Shown: positions 29,845 to 39,654 of the stretch, one piece after another
Numbering within the stretch: position 1 is the first letter of the stretch
Layout: every line of letters begins with the position of its first letter
NCBI GenBank assembly: GCA_048941285.1
Contig: JBHLNS010000010.1
Coordinates: 1 to 64,000, forward strand
DNA from: Promethearchaeota archaeon
GTDB taxonomy: Archaea > Asgardarchaeota > Lokiarchaeia > Sigyniarchaeales > SOKP01
Length of the DNA stretch: 64,000 nt
Direction: 5' to 3'
Notes under the pieces: generated by a model
What the model was told of the DNA's origin: nothing
Seen by the model: only the letters and a program-made list of their open reading frames with translations
The model's database searches: none
Program-made: the position numbers and the translations under genes

Positions 29845-30678
29845 TTACCTCGATTTTTTACTTCTCCTTTTCTTTTTTTTCCTTTGGTCAATTTTCTGAT
29901 TGATAGAAATATCCTCTCTCCAGCCCAGTAAATCATCTATATGAGAAGCTCCAGTAATTTTTAAATATGCTTCTTCTAAATCTTTTGCTCCGACAGACTG
30001 GATTATTTCTTTTGGAGTGCCTTCAATTTTTATCTGGCCATCAACTATGATTCCAATGATATCGCATAATTCTTCAGCTGTATCCAGAAGATGGGTGCAA
30101 ATAAAAATAGTTTTATCTGCTTTCTTAGTGAGTTGAGAAATTAAATTTTTCACCATCCTAGCTGCAGCAGGATCTAGATTCGATGTAGGCTCATCTAGAA
30201 ATATTATTTCAGGATCTTGAATCAATGCAGCACATAAACATACTTTTTGTTTCATCCCTCTTGAATAGCTCTCTAAAAGATCATTTTGTCGACCTTCTAA
30301 ATTAAATAATTCTATAAGTTCATTAATTCTAGTGGAAATTACATCTCTTGGCAAATAGTATAACTCACCAATAAATTCTAAAAATTCTTTTGCAGTGAGT
30401 TTAGAATATAAACCAGGAGATTCTGGCAAAAATCCACATATCATTTTGACTTTCTGACTTTCGGTAACAATATCATATCCTCCAACTGAAGCGTTTCCTG
30501 AAGTCTTAGATATAATGGCATTAAGAATTCTTACAGTTGTAGTTTTTCCAGCTCCATTTGGCCCTAATAGACCATATGTTTTTCCATAAGGAATATTTAG
30601 ATTTATCTTATTGACAGCAAGAATATTACCAAAGTTCTTAGTAAGATCTTGTGTTTTAATTGCCTGTGCTTTACTCAA
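29845..30678 (-). CDS. ABC transporter ATP-binding protein (paralog of 2916-3731)
   Basis: GPNGAGKT, YSRGMKQK, FLDEPT; long identical stretches with the paralog. Confidence 0.95.
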   Translation of the reverse strand: MSKAQAIKTQDLTKNFGNILAVNKINLNIPYGKTYGLLGPNGAGKTTTVRILNAIISKTSGNASVGGYDIVTESQKVKMICGFLPESPGLYSKLTAKEFLEFIGELYYLPRDVISTRINELIELFNLEGRQNDLLESYSRGMKQKVCLCAALIQDPEIIFLDEPTSNLDPAAARMVKNLISQLTKKADKTIFICTHLLDTAEELCDIIGIIVDGQIKIEGTPKEIIQSVGAKDLEEAYLKITGASHIDDLLGWREDISINQKIDQRKKKKRRSKKSR

Positions 30679-30877
30679 ATTTTTGTACCTCCATTTTTTT
30701 ATTTTTATATTTATCTTGATAAGAGATAATAAATATAAGAAAAATAATGAAAAGAAAAGAATCGAGATCCATGTTAATACTTATCCATCCTAGGTTTTCT
30801 CCTATAACTATCAAGAACTCTAACAGAGCGAAAATAATTCCAACTACGCATACACCAATTTGATTGTCATTTTCCAA
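30671..30877 (-). CDS. Small 2-TM membrane protein (probable TTG start 30877; track uses 30910)
   Basis: Two hydrophobic helices; GGTGAG RBS; overlaps both neighbours, suggesting translational coupling. Confidence 0.6.
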   Translation of the reverse strand: MENDNQIGVCVVGIIFALLEFLIVIGENLGWISINMDLDSFLFIIFLIFIISYQDKYKNKKMEVQKFE

Positions 30878-31100
30878 GTTGCTCACCTTGCATGGTTCTG
30901 TTGTTTCCATTAGAATCTTTACTTTTTTCTAATCGATATTTAATTAAAAAACTAATATTCATAACTATAGAAATTCCAGTCAACATCCCCTTAAAAAAGC
31001 TGATAACAGATAAATCTGGTAGAAGGATACCCATTATCAGGGCGATTGTTAATGAGGTTGCACCAATTATAAACATAGATTCTTTCTTCATATTTAACAT
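30867..31100 (-). CDS. Small 2-TM membrane protein, first gene of the operon
   Basis: Two hydrophobic helices (FFKGMLTGISIVMNI). Confidence 0.65.
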   Translation of the reverse strand: MLNMKKESMFIIGATSLTIALIMGILLPDLSVISFFKGMLTGISIVMNISFLIKYRLEKSKDSNGNNRTMQGEQLGK

Positions 31101-31194
31101 AACCTAAATTGAACTAATTCATAAATTTTAAATTTTCTTAATTTTTTATCCTTAGAGACTTTCTGAAGCCTCAATAGATTTATATGAAATAAAA

Positions 31195-31253
31195 TATATA
31201 AAGCTTTGTATCGCAAAGTAATGTTTACTATAAAGTGTAATTTGTAATAAAAT
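31195..31253 (-). promoter_or_regulatory. TATA box with adjacent palindromic operator
   Basis: Minus-strand TTTATATA at 31202-31195 abuts the palindrome CTTTG-TATCG-CAAAG (31204-31218); degenerate copies follow at about 17-nt spacing. Confidence 0.55.
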
Positions 31254-31360
31254 ATGCCTTCAGTCCTCTCCGATCTTAAGAAAAAAAATAGAGAAAATTA
31301 TAAATAAATCTAAATTTAAAGTGTATAATATTAATAATCTACAAGTGGAAAAATGAAAAA

Positions 31361-32242
31361 ATGACAGCTATTAGAAAAGAAGGAAAAGTGAATGATGATA
31401 CGACTCTCATTGACATTAATATGTTTGGAGTTCCTAAAATCACTGCTATTTATCTAATTGAGAGTGGAAAGAAATGTTTAATTGATGCAGGAACCCATAC
31501 GGAAGCTCGAAAAATCCTTAGACAATTGAAAGAGTTGAATGCTTTTCCCCCAGATGTAATTGTAATAACTCATTCACATTGGGATCATTGTCAAGCCATC
31601 CCTTTTTTAAGCCAAAGGGCAAAAAAAGAGGGAAAAGAAATTGAAATATATGCTTCAGCAGAAGCCATCCCAAACTTAAGGGACCAATCTTACAACGAAA
31701 TTTTTGGAACAGGACCCTTTAATAATATTGAAGATGATATCATTTCTGTCAAAGAAGGTGATGTTGTAAATTTAGATGGGATATCTCTAAAAATTTTTGA
31801 GACACCAGGTCATATATTTGATCATATTGCTATTTTAGATGAGAAAAACAAAAATCTCTTCATAGGGGATACGCTTGGTGATAAAGTCTCAGATATTGTA
31901 TTTGTCCCTCCATTCATGCCTCCTTATTGGGATAATGAGTCATATCTTAGTACAATTAATAAAGTTAAAAAAATTGATTATAAAACAATCAGTTTGGCAC
32001 ATTTTGGATATATTCAAGGAGATGAAGCCAAAACTATTTTAGATGAATCTGTTGATAATTATAGAAAATGGTGGAATATTTTTGAAGAAAATACTGAGAA
32101 GATTGATGATATCCCATATATAATCGAAAATGTTATACCATCACTGATACCTAAATCATCAATTGATCGATTTCCTAATAGGCTTGTAGAAGCTATTAGT
32201 TTTTGGTTAAGTGAAGGTTTTAAAATCTCGAAAGGTATATGA
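31361..32242 (+). CDS. Metallo-beta-lactamase-fold hydrolase
   Basis: LIDAG, THSHWDHC, TPGH..DH, IGD, LAHFG. Confidence 0.9.
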   Translation: MTAIRKEGKVNDDTTLIDINMFGVPKITAIYLIESGKKCLIDAGTHTEARKILRQLKELNAFPPDVIVITHSHWDHCQAIPFLSQRAKKEGKEIEIYASAEAIPNLRDQSYNEIFGTGPFNNIEDDIISVKEGDVVNLDGISLKIFETPGHIFDHIAILDEKNKNLFIGDTLGDKVSDIVFVPPFMPPYWDNESYLSTINKVKKIDYKTISLAHFGYIQGDEAKTILDESVDNYRKWWNIFEENTEKIDDIPYIIENVIPSLIPKSSIDRFPNRLVEAISFWLSEGFKISKGI

Positions 32243-32251
32243 ATAAATACT

Positions 32252-32848
32252 TTAGATTTTCCTACATACTAATTCTCCTTTTTCGATGGGGACTATCAAA
32301 GCATCTACTCTCTTATCAGTTAATGCTTTATCTAACATAGGTTTTAAAGTTTCATAATGATTTATAGCATTATCAGCAACAAAAATACCACCTTTAACCA
32401 TATTTGGAATCACTAGATCATAACACTCCTCATAAACCTCTTTTTCAGCATCTAAAAAGCAAAATGAGATATTCTTATAATTAGGAATATAATATCTCGC
32501 ATCGCCTTCTATTAAGTCAACTAGATCCACTACATTGGTTAATTCAAAGGTTTCTCTCGCTAACTTTGCTTTTTCTTTTAAAATTTCAAATGTAATTACT
32601 TTAGTCCCTATTAATTGGCATGCAAGAACAATCCATAAAGTAGAATATCCTGCACTAGTACCAATTTCTAAAAAATCCCCTTTTGGGGCACAAGCAGCTA
32701 GAATTGAAATAAATTTACCTGTTTCACGGGGAATTTGGCGCAATCTTTCCATTCTAGAAGTTCCATCTGTTCTATCTTGAGCATCTAATTTCTCTAGATA
32801 TTCCATTCTCTTGTTTATAGATTCAGGTATAGTATGAAACATTTTCAC
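32252..32848 (-). CDS. Class I SAM-dependent O-methyltransferase (YrrM/COMT-like)
   Basis: [28 protein letters not shown]. Confidence 0.9.
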   Translation of the reverse strand: MKMFHTIPESINKRMEYLEKLDAQDRTDGTSRMERLRQIPRETGKFISILAACAPKGDFLEIGTSAGYSTLWIVLACQLIGTKVITFEILKEKAKLARETFELTNVVDLVDLIEGDARYYIPNYKNISFCFLDAEKEVYEECYDLVIPNMVKGGIFVADNAINHYETLKPMLDKALTDKRVDALIVPIEKGELVCRKI

Positions 32849-32916
32849 TCAAATTTTGAACTTTAATTAAATTAATTATAATTAAAAAAAGAAAAAAAAA
32901 TTAATAAACAAATTTA

Positions 32917-33756
32917 TTACGATTTGAAGCCTGTTATTTCTTCGCAAATCTTCCATAATCGGTTAGCATATTCTTTGTTGTAAGATTCTTCTGAAGATTC
33001 TCTTGGTTCCTTATTTATAAAATACTTACCTGTTATTCCTTCTACGTCTGGAGAAGAGGCTAAATAAATTGATGTTTTAGCTCCTTCTTCTGGACTTTTG
33101 AAGAATTTTCTTGCAAACCATTGGCTAAACTTTGACTGATCTCGACCAAGATTAGTATTAACCACGCCAGGATGGACTGCATTAACCGTTACTCCAGTTC
33201 CTTCTAATCTTCTACTTAATTCATAAGTGAATAATACAGTTCCTAACTTAGATATTCCATATACTCTAAATAAGCTATATTTCTTGTTTTCACTCTGAAG
33301 ATCATCGAAATCAATTTTAGCTTTTTTATGTGCTGCTGAGGCGACATTAATAATGCGACTTGGAGCACTTTTTTTTAGATCATCAAGTAATAAATTGGTT
33401 AATAAAAAGGGACCAATAAGATGTGTCGCAAAATTCATTTCAATTCCATCTATAGATAAAATTCGCTCTTTAAGCATGATTCCAGCGTTATTTATTAATA
33501 CGTGTAAACTCTTATATTTACTCTTAAAATCTGAAACGAACTTGCGAATTGAATCCTGAGATGATAAATCACATAAAAGTAAATCAACATTTCTGTTTCC
33601 TGTCTTCTCAATGATTTCTTTTTTTGCTTCTTCTCCACGTTCTTTACTAATACAGAGCATTACTACAGTTGCATTCATACTTGCTAAAGCTTTTGCTGTT
33701 TCCTTTCCGATACCTGAATTAGCACCAGTTATTAAGCATACTTTTCCTTCCATCAT
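32917..33756 (-). CDS. SDR oxidoreductase (retinol dehydrogenase/WWOX-like)
   Basis: TGANSGIG, CDLSS, NNAG, YGISK, HPGVVNT. Confidence 0.9.
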   Translation of the reverse strand: MMEGKVCLITGANSGIGKETAKALASMNATVVMLCISKERGEEAKKEIIEKTGNRNVDLLLCDLSSQDSIRKFVSDFKSKYKSLHVLINNAGIMLKERILSIDGIEMNFATHLIGPFLLTNLLLDDLKKSAPSRIINVASAAHKKAKIDFDDLQSENKKYSLFRVYGISKLGTVLFTYELSRRLEGTGVTVNAVHPGVVNTNLGRDQSKFSQWFARKFFKSPEEGAKTSIYLASSPDVEGITGKYFINKEPRESSEESYNKEYANRLWKICEEITGFKS

Positions 33757-33811
33757 AAGTCTAAACTCTTCTTTATAGATTACATTGCTAGTAATATTTT
33801 GAATGATAAAA

Positions 33812-35497
33812 TTATAATAAATATGTTGTCAATATACCATAAGTCGAAATTACTGAAATTAGAATTATCAAAATGATTACAGTTATCCTAAAAATAAAGG
33901 TTTTTTTTAATTTTTTTGAAAGAACTTCTTTTGGAAAATTCATAAAATTATAAATATATTTATTAAAAATACTCTTTCCTTCACGTTTACGAGTAATTTC
34001 AATTCTATAGACAGCGTGGAGTGTTATTATTTCAATTTGATCAATTGGGAAGCAAACATAAAGAAATATAAAGGCAAATTCAATAATTAAGAAAATAGTG
34101 CTAATTATGTTACTTAATAGAAATACATGGGCATCAAGTACAATCCATTCTTCAATCTGATATGCGATGGTTAAAATTAAAATCCATCCTATCAGAGAGA
34201 TATCTAATAGTTCTAATTTACGAAACTGTTTTTTAACTGAAACGGATCCCACCTTATTATGTGTTATATATTGGAATTTAAATTTAAATTTTCTTTGAAA
34301 TCTAAAAATCTTGCTATTATCATCGTAATGGAAAGTATCGCCTCCTCGATTACTAAAATTATAATTTAATGCTTTAGCTAATAATATGATCCCATAGAGA
34401 AGGGTTATCCAAAATAGTAATGGCCCCAGTAAGAATAATTCAGTATTTATAAAAGTTGTTCTTATTATTAGAAACAATCCAAAGATTAAAGCAAACATTT
34501 GAAAATGTCGATTACTTACCTTTGAAAATAGAGTATCGTCTTTTTCATATTTCTTTAATTCACAACCTAAAAATTCACTAAAATTTTTGGTAAATTGGAA
34601 TCGTTTTTTGCCTTGTATTGGAGAAAACCACATATAGTACAACAAATCTGCTGTGATAATTTCATAAAAGTCTTGAGTAAAAAATATAAGTAAAATTAAA
34701 CCAAAAATTTCTAAAATTGAACATATGATGAGAAACCACGAAATGTAAAGTTCGGAAACATTAATTGGATCAATAAATATTGAAATTGCAGTTATTAGTT
34801 GAAATCCAATTAGAGGTACTAAAAGCAGGATCCAAGATAATTTACGTCCGAGATAATTATTTTGATATTTTATAGTATCAATCTGATTTTTAGGAATTTC
34901 ATGGATCCAAGGAAATAGAGGGCGATATTCTAAAAAAAAGTAGGAATTTTGAGATTGAGTGAATATTCCTCTGAAAGGACTCAATATTAAATAAATAAAA
35001 AGACTAATTCCAATACCGAATGCTGGGAGTCCAATAGCATAGAAAAAAGTATTTTCTCCGAGAATAAAGAACCCTGCATAATTAATTTGATTTATAGTAT
35101 TTTGAGTAGAAATTATAATAGAAATTATACCAACTGATATAAATGTTAGAGCTGCGATCAATCGGCTTATTGAGAATGAGTTGAATTTAATAGAATTTTC
35201 CAATGATTCTCTAAAATTACTCGAATCTATGCGAATCGATGATTCTCTACGTAAATAATAGGGTGGAAAAATAAATTTCCAAGTAATTACCATACCAATT
35301 ACTATAATCAATATGTAAATCATAAGCGAGAGATTAATACCGTTTATTCGTATTCCAAAATCGATTTGAGATGTTGTAAATAAAATCCCTAATAAAATTA
35401 AAGATGAACCAAAAATCAAATAGATTAAGCGAAATAACCATCTTTTTAGAGATGAAATTTTTAACTTCTCGAGTTCATCCTCGCTTAAAACACTCAT
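33812..35497 (-). CDS. Hypothetical polytopic membrane protein
   Basis: About 11 TM in pairs separated by beta-rich soluble inserts; divergent from the PL11 gene. Confidence 0.7.
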   Translation of the reverse strand: MSVLSEDELEKLKISSLKRWLFRLIYLIFGSSLILLGILFTTSQIDFGIRINGINLSLMIYILIIVIGMVITWKFIFPPYYLRRESSIRIDSSNFRESLENSIKFNSFSISRLIAALTFISVGIISIIISTQNTINQINYAGFFILGENTFFYAIGLPAFGIGISLFIYLILSPFRGIFTQSQNSYFFLEYRPLFPWIHEIPKNQIDTIKYQNNYLGRKLSWILLLVPLIGFQLITAISIFIDPINVSELYISWFLIICSILEIFGLILLIFFTQDFYEIITADLLYYMWFSPIQGKKRFQFTKNFSEFLGCELKKYEKDDTLFSKVSNRHFQMFALIFGLFLIIRTTFINTELFLLGPLLFWITLLYGIILLAKALNYNFSNRGGDTFHYDDNSKIFRFQRKFKFKFQYITHNKVGSVSVKKQFRKLELLDISLIGWILILTIAYQIEEWIVLDAHVFLLSNIISTIFLIIEFAFIFLYVCFPIDQIEIITLHAVYRIEITRKREGKSIFNKYIYNFMNFPKEVLSKKLKKTFIFRITVIILIILISVISTYGILTTYLL

Positions 35498-35607
35498 AAT
35501 AATATAAAATCTTTAATCAAATCAATTTATATTTCTTTGATCATTAAATCTTATAAATTTTTTAATTCATTAGGTTTAACTCTTTACAATTTATTATTGG
35601 ATTTTTA

Positions 35608-37608
35608 ATGAAAATTAAAAAAAACACAACTGTTCGAAGACGTAAAATCCCACGTTTAAGTCTTATAAGTTCTGTCATATTTTTTTACATAATCTTTTTT
35701 AATCTGTGTTTTAATCCTTTTCCTTTATATAAGAAGGATATTGATAATCTTGTTGATGGACGTCTCTCGGAAAACTTGGATCGAGGTATTATTGCGATCT
35801 ACATCAATAGTAGCCATGTATATGTAGGTTGGAGATTACTTGAAGATGATCCTATCAATATTTCATTCAATCTTTACAGAGATAGCTTAGAAAGTTTGCC
35901 TATCAAATTAAATAAAGAATTAATCAGTCAAACTACCAATTTCATCGATCAACCTCCTAGTAATGAGACTAATTTTCGTTATTGGGTAAGACCAGTAGTC
36001 AATAGCTCTGAGCTAAGCCCTTCTAGAGGAACTTCAATATTAAATAATTTGGGAGAAGATTATATATCAATTGGTCTTAATGGAAATTATACATTTCAGA
36101 AAATAGGAATTGCAGATCTCAACGGTGATGGAAGCTATGATTATATCATAAAACAACCAAATTATAATATTGACCCTTTAGAACCGTATTTGGATGGGAA
36201 TTGGGAGCCAAGCCAGGATACATATAAAATAGAGGCTTATTTATCTAATGGAACCTTTCTATGGAGTAAAGATTTAGGATGGGATATAGAACAAGGAATT
36301 TGGTATTCTCCCTATGTTGTTTATGATTTCGATGGAGATGGAAGAGCGGAAATTGCTTTAAAAACAGGTATTGGAGATCATCGGGACTTGCTTGGTCGAG
36401 TTCAGACAGGTCCTGAATATCTTTCAATCTGGGATGGTATGACTGGCACCGAAATAACACGTTATCCATGGCCTCGACGAATACCTCAGTTTTATAGCTG
36501 GAACTCTCGTAATCAGCTTGGTATTGCTTTTTTGGATGGCTATAATCCAAGTATTATTATAGCTCGAGGAACCTATGGAATTATGAGACTTGAAGCAGTT
36601 CAATTTACTAATAATACTATTAAAAATTTATGGAAATGGGATACTAGTCAAGAATATTTTTTTAAATACTTTGGGCAAGGGGCTCATTTCATGCATTGTG
36701 CTGATGTAGATTCAGATGGGTTCGATGAAGTTTTGCTAGGATCATGTGTTATAGATCAAAATGGTAAGGGTCTCTGGTCTACTGGATTACAACATCCAGA
36801 TCATTTTTATATTGGTGATATCGACCCGGGTCATCCCGGACTAGAAATATATTATGGTTTAGAAGGAATTCTTGCAGGAGTTGTAAGACACGAAAATGAT
36901 ATTTGCCTTGTTGATGCTGCAACAGGTAAGATTTTATGGGGAATAAAAGAGAAGACTTATCATGTTCATAGTCGAGGTTTAGTCTCTGATATTGACCCAG
37001 CTTATCCCGGAATGGAATGTTATAGTGGAGAATCTGATCTTCCTAAAAGATGGTTACATTCTGCTAATGGAACTTTCATAGCAAATGAAATTACATTTGA
37101 TATTGGTTTAAACCCTGCAGCTGTATATTGGGATGCAGATCTTCAACGTGAATTATTATATAGTGGAAGAATCGAAGATTATAGTTCCAGTGAAATTCAT
37201 TTATCGGGTATTAGTGGATATCAAGTGGCTTGGACAGATATATTGGGTGATTGGAGAGAGGAAGTCATAGTTTCAGTCGAAGGTGAAATAAGAATTTATA
37301 CAACAACAATCCCAGCTGAAGATAGAAGGGTTTGCTTAATGCAAGATCCAATATATAGGCTTGATGTAGCACACAATTCTATGGGATACTCTCAAGTACC
37401 TATGACCTCATATTGTCTTGATACCACTGGAGTAGTACCCTCAAGATATTCTGAACCAGAAGATAATTTTTATAACTTTATGTTATTAATTATTATTTTG
37501 ATTATTATTGCTATAGCTATCACTACAGTTATTGTTATAGCATTTTGGTTGTCAAAAAGAGACCAATTAGTCATTATATTATCTCATTTATATAAAAAGG
37601 ATAAGTAA
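35608..37608 (+). CDS. Rhamnogalacturonan lyase, family PL11 (YesW/YesX-like), with N- and C-terminal TM segments
   Basis: ENLDRGIIA, VGWRLL.DD...FNLYR, DLNGDGSYD, VYDFDGDGRAE, GPEYLSIWDG.TG, ARGTY, GQGAH, DILGDWREE, LM.DP.YRL. Confidence 0.88.
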   Translation: MKIKKNTTVRRRKIPRLSLISSVIFFYIIFFNLCFNPFPLYKKDIDNLVDGRLSENLDRGIIAIYINSSHVYVGWRLLEDDPINISFNLYRDSLESLPIKLNKELISQTTNFIDQPPSNETNFRYWVRPVVNSSELSPSRGTSILNNLGEDYISIGLNGNYTFQKIGIADLNGDGSYDYIIKQPNYNIDPLEPYLDGNWEPSQDTYKIEAYLSNGTFLWSKDLGWDIEQGIWYSPYVVYDFDGDGRAEIALKTGIGDHRDLLGRVQTGPEYLSIWDGMTGTEITRYPWPRRIPQFYSWNSRNQLGIAFLDGYNPSIIIARGTYGIMRLEAVQFTNNTIKNLWKWDTSQEYFFKYFGQGAHFMHCADVDSDGFDEVLLGSCVIDQNGKGLWSTGLQHPDHFYIGDIDPGHPGLEIYYGLEGILAGVVRHENDICLVDAATGKILWGIKEKTYHVHSRGLVSDIDPAYPGMECYSGESDLPKRWLHSANGTFIANEITFDIGLNPAAVYWDADLQRELLYSGRIEDYSSSEIHLSGISGYQVAWTDILGDWREEVIVSVEGEIRIYTTTIPAEDRRVCLMQDPIYRLDVAHNSMGYSQVPMTSYCLDTTGVVPSRYSEPEDNFYNFMLLIIILIIIAIAITTVIVIAFWLSKRDQLVIILSHLYKKDK

Positions 37609-37619
37609 ATAATTAAGTC

Positions 37620-39638
37620 TTAATTAAAATTTTCTCTTTTCATAAATGAGGTCCATACATTTTCAAACCAACCGAAATTACTTGGAATCTCTCTTATATC
37701 CTCCCAATCAATAATAATTTCTCCATTTTTCCATTGAAGGGTTTGGATTTTTTTTGATAAATCTAAATTATTATGAATAAATTTATGCTCTTTAAGATAA
37801 CCAGGAGGTACTATATACATTTCTGATAATGCGGATTTTAGATTTTCTCGTAAAATTAAGTAGGACCCTCTACTTCTTCCATATGTGATATGATAATTCA
37901 AAATAGCTTTTAAAAAGAATAAATGTGTAAGGAGAGCATTTTTAACATGGAAGTAATCGATTATTTCTGTGTTATTATTTAATTTTATCAATTTAAGTAT
38001 GTCTTTCAACTGATTCTCAACCTTTTTTACTTCAGGCTCAAGACCTTTTAAAGGGCGAGTAATGGTTGCGTATTTAGCCATTCTTTTTTGAATTTGGCCC
38101 AAAAGCTCGTTTGGAAATAGAAATTTCTCCTTGGAATTTTTAAAAATGGAAGAGATTTCTTTCTTAATATCAATAATATCACTTCTTGCAATATTCTTAA
38201 ATTGTTCATCATTTTTCAAAAGAATTCTATATTTAGAATGAGCTATTCTTTGGGCAACTCTTAAGCCCCCTACTTGCCCTGCATTTAATGCTGCCCCTCC
38301 AGGTCTATGAATGCCATGGTTTCCATTGATTTCACCTATGGCAAAGAGATTATTAACAGTACTTGACTCCCACCAATTATCACATGATAATCCACCGTTG
38401 AGATGTTGATTGCATAAAGCTATTTCTAATGGTTCTGATGCAATATCAATTCCTTGATTGATATATACTTTTACTGCCTCTTTATTCAATTTATCTAGTC
38501 TCTCAATCGGAGATTCTCCTAGCGCATTAGATTTGATTAGGTAATCTTTTGCTATTGTGTGTAAATCCTCAAAATTAAAATTGTCTGGGTTTTTTGTATA
38601 ATCTAAAAATACTCGTCTATTTAAGATTGTAGATTCGTGAAAAACTGCAAGATCAATTAAAGAAGAGCCAAAACCCTCTATTAAAGTCGAATTGAAAGGC
38701 CATTGATATCCTTTCAAAAAAATAGCTTTTGAAAGATCTGCAAAAGATGGAAAAACTTCGTTAAGAAATTCATTTTCATTACCATTATCCTCAATAGAAA
38801 AATATCTAGGAATTACTTGTTGATAGGACCCAGATAGATTCCATCGATATTTAGTGGATGCTAACCCGAATTGAGATTCAGTTAAATTCTGTAATTTACA
38901 CCCCGCTTGAATAGCTAAACTCATTGTACCTCTTTGAGATTTAGGGTAAACAGAATGTTTATATAAAATTGCTGGACCCCCAGTTGCAAGGATGATGTTT
39001 CTCGCTTTAAAAATACTTAAAGAACCAAGAAAACCATCAATATTCTTTTCTTTAAATAATTTTTCAATATTAACACAAATTAAACCAACAGCTTCAGGTT
39101 TTTCACTGTTGTCATTTATAACTGCTTTCAGAGCATAATGATTGTTATAAATCCTTATGTTTTTCTCTTGGACAGCTTTTAATAAACATTGTCCCATTTT
39201 TTGGGAAGTAAAAGGTCCTATTGAAGTAGCCCTTTGTCTTGGGTCGTTGTCTGTTTTGTATCCAACAAAACCTCCAAATTCATCGTAAGGAAAAGGAACA
39301 CCAAGTTGGACTAAATGAAAAAATTCTCTTATAGAATTGGTTGCTTCAATTAAGGCAATATCTCCGTGCATAGCACCTCCTGCACAGAGATCCTTTGCTA
39401 ATTCGTAAGGGGAATCAGCTTGATCTCCATAAATAGACATTTTATAATAAGTTTGCTTATCAGATCCTGCATTAAAAGAAGTTCCTCCACCTAAATTCTC
39501 GGTTACAATAGCGATTTCATTTGAAGAAATACCTTCCAATACTAAATGAAGAGCACAATTTAATCCTGCAACTCCAGAGCCAACGATTATTGAATTATAT
39601 TGTTTTATTTCAAATCGATCTATATCAAATTCTTCCAT
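37620..39638 (-). CDS. FAD-binding oxidoreductase, SdhA/FrdA/NadB-like flavoprotein of unknown substrate
   Basis: IVGSGVAG, GTSFNAGSDKQTYYK, ATGG, QHLNGG, GE..G.HG..RPGG.ALN; GAGGA RBS favours start 39638. Confidence 0.8.
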   Translation of the reverse strand: MEEFDIDRFEIKQYNSIIVGSGVAGLNCALHLVLEGISSNEIAIVTENLGGGTSFNAGSDKQTYYKMSIYGDQADSPYELAKDLCAGGAMHGDIALIEATNSIREFFHLVQLGVPFPYDEFGGFVGYKTDNDPRQRATSIGPFTSQKMGQCLLKAVQEKNIRIYNNHYALKAVINDNSEKPEAVGLICVNIEKLFKEKNIDGFLGSLSIFKARNIILATGGPAILYKHSVYPKSQRGTMSLAIQAGCKLQNLTESQFGLASTKYRWNLSGSYQQVIPRYFSIEDNGNENEFLNEVFPSFADLSKAIFLKGYQWPFNSTLIEGFGSSLIDLAVFHESTILNRRVFLDYTKNPDNFNFEDLHTIAKDYLIKSNALGESPIERLDKLNKEAVKVYINQGIDIASEPLEIALCNQHLNGGLSCDNWWESSTVNNLFAIGEINGNHGIHRPGGAALNAGQVGGLRVAQRIAHSKYRILLKNDEQFKNIARSDIIDIKKEISSIFKNSKEKFLFPNELLGQIQKRMAKYATITRPLKGLEPEVKKVENQLKDILKLIKLNNNTEIIDYFHVKNALLTHLFFLKAILNYHITYGRSRGSYLILRENLKSALSEMYIVPPGYLKEHKFIHNNLDLSKKIQTLQWKNGEIIIDWEDIREIPSNFGWFENVWTSFMKRENFN

Positions 39639-39654
39639 GATTATCCTCATCTAA

